Shown here in pieces: positions 56,391 to 64,000 of a DNA stretch of 64,000 nt (its first letter is position 1; each line of letters opens with the position of its first letter). Origin of the DNA: Eledone cirrhosa. Lineage: Eukaryota. Made by a program: the position numbers and the translations under genes. The stretch is taken from the NCBI GenBank assembly GCA_964016885.1, contig OZ024753.1:7192001-7256000 (forward strand), in the 5' to 3' direction. Under the pieces are notes generated by a model, which saw nothing but the letters and a program-made list of their open reading frames with translations, was not told where the DNA came from and did no database searches.

Positions 56391-56888
56391 TGCTAAACCT
56401 TGATTATATATGTTCTGGCTCGTTAATTTATTAACCTGCCATTGAACCACATTGGCTTATGGTTGGACAATACATGTGTCCCTAGACGCTTTTTGCGTGT
56501 AGGGATAAATACTTTATTATTATTAAACTCCTCTTGGTCGAGATAAAATTTAGTCGTTCTGACTGCTGCTATTTATAGTGGTAGTAGACTGACCTCCCTG
56601 CCTCTGCTTCTATCTTTACACACGGCACTGGACAGAATTGCTTCCACATCATTCATTCTCATCTCGGGAACAATTTTGAATAGCGCCAGTTCGTAATTTG
56701 AACTCGGGAATTTTATATTCTCCGAGTGAAAAGAACCTTCTGACGAGAGTTTATCTTTTCACTGGAAGGCCGCAAGAACTGTCCATTTATTTTTGAGACT
56801 CGAAACCGATTCGGTAAAGGTAACCATAGTGAGTACAGTGAATTTTTAAAAATTTATTTTGAAACTTTTTCTTATTTGCTAAACCTTG

Positions 56889-56897
<9 letters not shown>
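56391..56897 (+). mobile_element. 486-nt non-coding unit with a 21-nt terminal direct repeat (candidate retrozyme or Penelope-type terminal unit)
   Basis: TGCTAAACCTTGATTATATAT at 56391-56411 and 56877-56897; contains a complete HHR; embedded in microsatellites. Confidence 0.65.
56725..56821 (+). ncRNA. Canonical type I hammerhead ribozyme with a predicted 10-bp pseudoknot
   Basis: ACCUU-CUGACGA-GAGUUU(43-nt loop)AGACUC-GAAA-CCG(auu)CGG-UA-AAGGU; AGUGAAAAGA (56725-56734) is complementary to loop II UCUUUUCACU (56754-56763). Confidence 0.88.
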
Positions 56898-56951
<54 letters not shown>

Positions 56952-56992
56952 ATATATACACACACACATATAATATATGTGATAAATTTGAA

Positions 56993-57200
56993 TATGGTTT
57001 CTTATATAGGCTCAAGGCCAACAATTTTGGGGGTGGGAGAGTCGATTAAATCCACAAAAGTTCATTACTGGTACTTTATTTTATCGATCCCGTAAGGATC
57101 AAAGGCAAAGTTAACCTCGGCGGAATTTGAACTCAGAACTTAAAGGTCCGTAACTCTAAACCCTATGCTGCAAAGCATGGTGTCCGACCACACACCGATA
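56993..57200 (-). mobile_element. Meta-type SINE
   Basis: Family core. Confidence 0.85.
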
Positions 57201-57538
57201 TATATGTGTATATATTTGGATCGCAATATTATAAAAGTATATTCGATTTTTCTTTTGCCAAATATAAAACTTGTTTTGCGAAGAAAACTAAAATTGTATC
57301 TTTTCTTAAATTAATTTTTCTGCTTCATTCATAGCGTACAGACAGAACAATTCTAAAACTGGAATTCAATTGAAAGATAATTAAAAAAATTAATTACATA
57401 AACTGGTATTCTATGTTTCATTCATTTCGCGCACAGACAATTTATCATAGTTATTCTGATAAATTCCATTTAACGAGCTAAGCCAGGGAAGAAGAGTGAA
57501 TGAATTGTTCCACATCACCATGAGAATAGAACATAAAT

Positions 57539-57577
<39 letters not shown>

Positions 57578-57579
57578 AA

Positions 57580-57613
<34 letters not shown>

Positions 57614-57625
57614 CATACACACAAA

Positions 57626-57697
<72 letters not shown>

Positions 57698-57763
57698 CAT
57701 ATACATACATGTACATATATACATATATAAACATATATATACATAATCATATATACATATAAG

Positions 57764-57794
<31 letters not shown>

Positions 57795-57918
57795 ATATAT
57801 ACATACATATATATATATGCAGTATATGTGTGTAAAAGGTAAACAGAAATAACAACACAATCGGTACAGTATATGGAAGGTATATATTAGGTTAACGCTC
57901 GATATAGCAGGAAGAGGG

Positions 57919-57954
57919 TCTTAACGTTTCGGACGCTAATCCTTCATCAGAAGA
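57919..57954 (-). ncRNA. Minimal HHR motif, family B (element about 57825-58056)
   Basis: Minus strand: UCUU-CUGAUGA-A-GGAU(uagc)GUCC-GAAA-CG-UU-AAGA. Confidence 0.8.
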
Positions 57955-59045
57955 AAGAATGAGAAATAAAATAGATTATGGGGACAGGCGCGATGGAATT
58001 GGAAAACATGTCTTTAGATAAAAATAATAGGTCCATTCATGTTGACATCTCTAGCAAATATATATATTATATATATATAGTAATAATAATACATTTGAAG
58101 ACTAAGATCCCGTTAAGGGTGAAAGCAGCGATTCTTTGCTTAAACTTTAATCTGTTATTTTACTAAATATATATATATAATATATAAATATTTATATAGT
58201 CATATATATATATATACACACTGTATATATACATATAAAACAGTTAGATTGATAGATCAACGAATATTTATAACAGATAGATAGATAGATAGATATTAAA
58301 TGTAAGTGTACAAACCGATCAAGAAGGAGTGATCAGAGATTAGTTTGTGAGTAGTGAAGAGGACAGTGTGCTCAATACGTATAAGATGCAAGACAAGCGT
58401 TCAGTGAGAGCAAGCAAAACAAATATAAGCCATGCAATAAGTTTATAGGAAGAGCGTAAATATAAAAAATTATAACTCTTGGTATATTGCTCTCTCTATA
58501 TATATGTCTCATATACATATATATATATATATACATATTTATATTGGAAAATGTGTGTAATCCTTGGTACAGTTAGGTATATTAAGACAGGGGGGAAGAA
58601 AAAATGGCTTCACTTGTGCTTTCAACAAATTTATTTTCTTCACAAAATTCAAAAGGAATTTTTCTTAAAAAAAATTATTTTATAAATTAAGTTGTTGGTT
58701 GTTGGTTAGGTCTTAGGAGTTCTTGATTAACGTAGGAGGTATTGTTTCGTTTTTAGAAAGACCTTTCACGCTGAGGTGCGCTTGTCAAACTGATGTGTAT
58801 GTGGTGTGTTGTTCTATATATAGGGATTTAACATGTCTGTGGTGTGGTGGGGGTTCTTTTCTCCCCCTTTAATAAGTGCATGGGTGTAGGTGTGTTGAAA
58901 AAGTGTTCATAGCAGTAATGAGTTGAGACGGTGAGTAGGGTTGGGTGGGGAGCAATGTAGCAAGTGCGGCCTGCCCCGGTCATTCTCGAAAAATTCCTTT
59001 ATTCAGGGAAAAAAGCTTTTAGTATTGCTTTTGTGTTGAGATATG

Positions 59046-59074
<29 letters not shown>

Positions 59075-59077
<3 letters not shown>

Positions 59078-59603
59078 AGGAAAAAAGATGAAATCGAAAA
59101 TGCAACTGGAGTCTTTTTAAGAATATTTATTTGTTTCCTTTACCGGTTTCACGGTTCCTATGCTTTTCAAAAGTAGAATTGAGGTGGAGGGTTTGGGGTT
59201 TTTCTCGCATCTGGTTGGTCTTAGAATGTTACTTGTGTTTTATGTGGAAAAAAGTGGCTCGAAATGATGGCTTTTTTTAGAAAAGTAATTTGGTTGGTTG
59301 ATGACTGTCACGTGAATTAGTGTAATACATTTCGCGCCAGTTCGTGTTATAGAGTTCTAATTGTATCTGCCTTTAAGAAAAGGAGGGGGTGGGGGGTTCA
59401 GATTGTTTTTTTCATATATCAGTGAAATTTGGTTGGTTGATGCAGTCACGTGAATAAGCACATCAACTTTCGCGCCAGTTCGTGTTCGAGGGTTCTTTTC
59501 ACTTTAGAATGTGGCTAAAAAAAAGTTGTATTTTTTATAAATGTAATTTGATTGGTTATGACTGTCACGTGAATAAGTACATTAGATTTCGTGCCAGTTC
59601 GTA
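59075..59603 (-). mobile_element. Single-arm relative of the 55991 palindrome (U3-A8 HHR at 59138-59173) with three upstream imperfect repeats
   Basis: 59075-59210 aligns with 55991-56139; repeats at about 59289, 59428 and 59546. Confidence 0.75.
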
Positions 59604-59684
<81 letters not shown>

Positions 59685-59886
59685 TGCCCCCTACATATAG
59701 AGTATGTCCATTGCACGATATAGCATGGCCTCAGGTAAAAGAGTAATTGTGATTTTGTCCTCTGAAACAATTGTAATACGATTGTGAAACAAATAAACAT
59801 TTTTTCAAGAATTCTGGTTGTTTATTCACCTGCTATAAAATTATATAATAAACAACATAATATAATTATTCCATTGCCTAAGACGA

Positions 59887-59983
59887 TTCTAATAGAAACG
59901 TCCAGTTCGTTCTTCAGATGAAATATGCTATCCATAACATAAATATTTCATCTGATGAGCGAACTGGATGATTCTGTTAGAGA
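59887..59983. repeat. Imperfect 40-bp inverted repeat containing an HHR 5' half (CUGAUGAGCGAAC..)
   Basis: 59887-59926 versus 59943-59983. Confidence 0.7.
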
Positions 59984-60076
59984 TAACAATATGAATAGAC
60001 CTGTTATTTTTCTCTAAAAACATTTTTTTCTATTTCCCCCTCGACTGTCCCTTAAATCTCTCTAATTTCTCATTTT

Positions 60077-60113
60077 TCTTTCTGATGAAGGACTATTATC
60101 CGAAACGTTAAGA
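60077..60113 (+). ncRNA. Minimal HHR motif, family B (element about 59975-60206, inverted relative to 57825-58056)
   Basis: CUUU-CUGAUGA-A-GGA(cuauua)UCC-GAAA-CG-UU-AAGA. Confidence 0.75.
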
Positions 60114-60342
60114 CCCTCTTCCTGCTATTTCAAGCGTTAACCTGATATATCCATCCCATATACTGTAGCAATTGTGTTGTTATTTCTGTTTACACTACAC
60201 TTTACATACGTACATATGCATGTGTGTATATATTTATACATATATATATATATATATGGAAAACAATACCAGAGAAAGCGATGTAAGCGACACTCTACAG
60301 TAAAGAAATATATTAGTTTTGTGCTTGATATAGTAGGAAAAG

Positions 60343-60382
60343 ATATATGAGGTTTCGGACACTAGTCTTTCATCAGAATATA
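60343..60382 (-). ncRNA. Decayed minimal HHR motif, family B
   Basis: Minus strand: CUGAUGA-A-AGAC(uagu)GUCC-GAAA-CC-UC-AUAUA. Confidence 0.55.
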
Positions 60383-60408
60383 TACATATATATACGTGTG
60401 TGTGTGTG

Positions 60409-60440
<32 letters not shown>

Positions 60441-60503
60441 TGTATGTATGTATGTATGTATGTATGTATGTATGTATGTATGTATGTATGTATGTATTTG
60501 TAT

Positions 60504-60916
60504 CCGGGAGAGATGACCCCTTAGCCTTTGTCAGGGCAGAATTCTAGGAGAAGGAAAACTCTGATATAACACCTGCAACCCTGATGGTATCCAATGATGT
60601 TGACTTGTTCTTCTTTTTGGTAAATATCATCTTGGTTAAGAGAGTGGGACTGGCTTTGTGCAGTGCCTTTGCTCACTATAAAAGCTTCACGGCACAGGCA
60701 TTGCTTTATATCTGGAGATCTCTCTGCACTTGTCATCACATGTTACCATGGGCCCAGCACTATGTGTCAATAATTGTCACAAGTGTAGTGTTTGTACCAG
60801 AGTTTTCAAGTCGCTGGCTGGACTAAGATGTCACAGTCGTTCAGCACATCGGTAGGGGTTCTCCTACATGGATATAAAGTTGTGGCCGTACTCGAAAACG
60901 AGTTGGCAGCCACCAT
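60504..60916 (+). mobile_element. 5'-truncated copy of the RTE-derived element at 33093
   Basis: Near-identical to 33291-33702. Confidence 0.85.
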
Positions 60917-61399
60917 GTATTTGTATTCGCAGCTATATTAACGTCTAGAGAAGTAGAGGTACCGTACTTCATTTAACATTTCGTTACAATGTGGTATGGC
61001 GACTAATTTTCTTGTTTCGAAAAATGCAATTTTGTTAAATTACTATTAAAGTATCATTCTAAATTAGTTTACAATTATTGTACGGTGGCTACCATAATAA
61101 AATTGCATTAGTGTTACATGTCTGTAAGATATCAACTTTCTTCTATAGTAAATAATTATAAATTTGACTACTAGGGCACATTTTCAAGCAATATATATAT
61201 ATATACATATATAAATAAATAAATATATAAATATATATATATACGTATATGTATAGATGTATAGATACGTATGTCTGTGTGTGTAGGTATATTTGCATAT
61301 ATATATATACAGCTGCATACACACACACACACATGTATGTATGTATGTATGTATGTATGTATGTATGTATGTATGTATGTATGTATGTATGTATGTATG

Positions 61400-62316
61400 T
61401 TTTCTCTTTCTCTTAATTTCGAGTATATTTTTTTGACCGGCCACCTTCCTGGTGGCAAGGTTGTAAAAGAAAAGAAATTGTCATCCCTTGAATCGCAAGA
61501 ATGTTTTGCAAATTTTGAAGGTGCCAGCTATCGCAGCCATTTGTAGACTATGAATTAGGGAGCTGCGCTTTTTGTCCACAAGTCCAAGTTCAGTCATACT
61601 TTGGTCCAAGCGGGTTGGTATATAACCCGTAGCACCAATAATGATGGGTATGAAGCTAAAGGTGTATCTTGGATACTGGATTTGTAAACTCCTCATCAAT
61701 GGTCCGTAGATGTCCTCCTTCTCCTGTATTTTTCTGACAACGTTTACATCAAGTGGGCAGCTGATCGCCACAACAGAACACGTTTTCAATGTGTGGTCCC
61801 AAACTACAATATCAGGCCGGTTGTGCTTTAATTTGGTGGCAGTTTTTATTTTCAGGTTCCACCAGTATTCCTTAGTGCCATCTGTCTCAATATATTCTTC
61901 CTCGTTTGTTGTTAATTTTGTTTTCCGAAGTGCGTTCCAGATGGTTCTAGCTATCCCATCGTGTCTCATGGGGAGGTAGTAGCGAGATGACATTCTTTCG
62001 CAGCTGGCAACAATGTGGCTTCCATCCTCGATCTTTGTTTTACATAGCCTACATTTATTGTCAGCTGCTGGCCCTCCTCTTTTGTGCAGCAGATATTTGG
62101 TAGGGAGTTCTTGTTCCTGTATTGCATAGAGATATCCCTCAAGGTGTGATGTCATAAACTTGTCGGAACTCCATGCCAGGCTTTTTGAGTGGTTTATCCC
62201 CTCTATGGTCTGTGTTTTACGCCTCAAGTATCCATGCACAACTTTTTCTGTAAATTGGTCAATTTTTTTATCTTGTTTGAACATTGAATAGGATCTTCCG
62301 ATTTCTCTGGGTGAGA
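61400..62316 (-). mobile_element. 5'-truncated R4-like non-LTR retrotransposon: CCHC zinc knuckle, RLE endonuclease and 3' UTR
   Basis: Uninterrupted frame: AIQEQELPTKY..CRLCKTKIEDGSHIVASC..RHD..NRPDIVVWD..KEDIY..PIIIGATG; stop at 61481; (TACA)n on both sides. Confidence 0.9.
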
Positions 62317-62509
62317 TGTATGTATGTATGTATGTATGTTTGTATGTATGTATGTGTATATATCTATATATATATTCGATATATGAATATATCAAGCCTC
62401 GCCTTTTACGATCATTTAGCTGCACATAGATTGTGTTTCATTTGGTAGAACAGTATACTACTCATCCAACACCTATGATGTAAATTGTGTGGTCCATATA
62501 TGCCCATAT

Positions 62510-62802
62510 ATGAACTCAGAGCTGTACGGGAGCCTCCCAAAAGTCAGCTCAAAAGTGACACAGAGGGGACTGAGGTTAGCTGGACATGCTCACCGACATC
62601 CAGAGTTGACATTGTACTCAGTACTCCTTTGGGAGCCCCTACATGGACACACTAGAAGAGGAAGACCAAGGTTAACGTATGTTGATGCCCTAAGGACAGA
62701 AACTGGTCTGTTGGAGACGCAGGACATGGCAGCGATAATGAGGGGACAGAGACCGCTGGAGAGAACTCGTCCATGGATCTCGGGAATTTTACCCGCCCTA
62801 GA
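62510..62802 (+). mobile_element. RTE-clade LINE 3' fragment
   Basis: NSELYGSLPKVSSKVTQRGLRLAGHAHRHPE..LLWEPLHGHTRRGRPRLTYVD. Confidence 0.88.
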
Positions 62803-63027
62803 ATATATGCCCATATAGCAACAGCAATAAGGGCCCAAACCAATAAATTAGGATCATTGACAGGAATAGAGGAAAACCATTGTAACCAAGCAGACAAATC
62901 CCAGCAACACCAGCAGCAGCAACAATAGCAATCAACAAAGCCATCGATGTAAGGAAGGAACCTCCCCCCCCCCCCTATCACTTCACCACCAACTATACAC
63001 ACAACAACCACAACCCCAGATCAAATA

Positions 63028-63425
63028 ACTGTTTCTATTTTTGGCACGAGGCCAGCAATTATGCCAGTGTATTACTGGTACGTACTTTATTTTATCGACC
63101 CCGTAAGGATGAAAGGCAAAGTTAACCTCGGCAGGATTTGAACTCAGCCCGTAAAGGGACGTAACTCTATCTTGAAAAGCATGCCGTCTGACTCTAATAA
63201 TACTGCCAATCCGCCCCCCCCCCAAAAAAAAAATCAAATAACTGTTTCTATTTTTGGCACAAGGCCAGCAATTATATCAGTGCATCACTGGTACTTTATT
63301 TTATCGACCCCGTAAGGATGAAAGGCAAAGTTAACCTCGGAATGATTTTAACTCAGACTGTAAAGGAACGTAACTCTATGCTGCAAAGCATGGCGTCTGA
63401 CTCGCTACTGATACTGCCAATCCAC
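63028..63425 (-). mobile_element. Two tandem Meta-type SINEs
   Basis: 63028-63215 and 63238-63425, each preceded by ATCAAATAACTGTTTCTA. Confidence 0.88.
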
Positions 63426-63449
63426 TGCAAATCAAACAAAACCGACACT

Positions 63450-63680
63450 ACGGGATCGCCACCAACACCAACTCCACTGGAGGCTAACGACACTAACGCC
63501 AGCATGAAACTGACTGACACCAGGCACGAACACAAACACCACCAACACCAACAACACCAACATCAATCAAACAACATAAACGACGACAAAAACAACAATA
63601 CCATTAGCAAAACAAAAAAGAAGCACAAGAACAACAAAAATAACAAAAGCGACAACAATAACAGCAACAACAATACAAAA
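63450..63680. repeat. Degenerate (CAA)n tract
   Basis: Directly visible. Confidence 0.85.
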
Positions 63681-63915
63681 TGAAAGATCATCAGCGATTG
63701 AAGAATTGCTAGTCAAAGAACAAATAAGTCAATTATAGAAAGTAGCATAATTTAATATTTTATTCGGCCATTGAATTAAACAACTTTTTTCTTGTCTGAG
63801 GAATATAGAAAACACACGAGGATTTGGAAATAAGCCAACCGTAGGTCTGATATTTGAGAATAACTCATCTCTCCGTCAATGTTTCCCCGTGTCTCATACA
63901 CGGACACACACACAC

Positions 63916-64000
<85 letters not shown>

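Noticed and set aside
58545-58985. Possible Penelope RT or GIY-YIG coding remnant between inverted family B copies
   Set aside because: The minus-strand frames I translated contain stops and no diagnostic motif; needs a frameshift-aware HMM search.

Overview
This is eukaryotic, AT-rich, non-coding DNA with no recognisable host gene. The SINE and LINE repertoire and the extreme (TA)n/(TACA)n load point to a cephalopod, probably Octopus; that is an inference, not a search result. Almost every ORF in the track is a microsatellite or low-complexity artefact. The real content is about 30 copies or fragments of a tRNA-derived Meta-type SINE, 9 copies of a CORE-type SINE, 5'-truncated LINE 3' ends (RTE, R4/Dong-like, Tx1/L1-like, CRE-like), hAT and Tc1/mariner MITEs, and four minisatellite arrays (49, 79, 83 and 108 bp) that each grew out of a transposon segment. 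The most striking signal is about 17 complete or near-complete type I hammerhead ribozyme (HHR) motifs from at least 8 sequence families, plus about 10 half-motifs. They sit in short elements that mostly end in (TA)n and resemble Penelope-like-element termini or retrozymes. Many of the long inverted repeats are fold-backs of these elements centred on the ribozyme's helix II. Highlights are a 486-nt unit with a 21-nt terminal direct repeat and a canonical HHR with a 10-bp pseudoknot (56391-56897), a 17-copy satellite made of HHR 5' halves (28761-29575), and a 149-bp-arm palindrome carrying a U3-A8 HHR on each strand (55991-56290). All folds were worked out by eye and none has been tested for activity.
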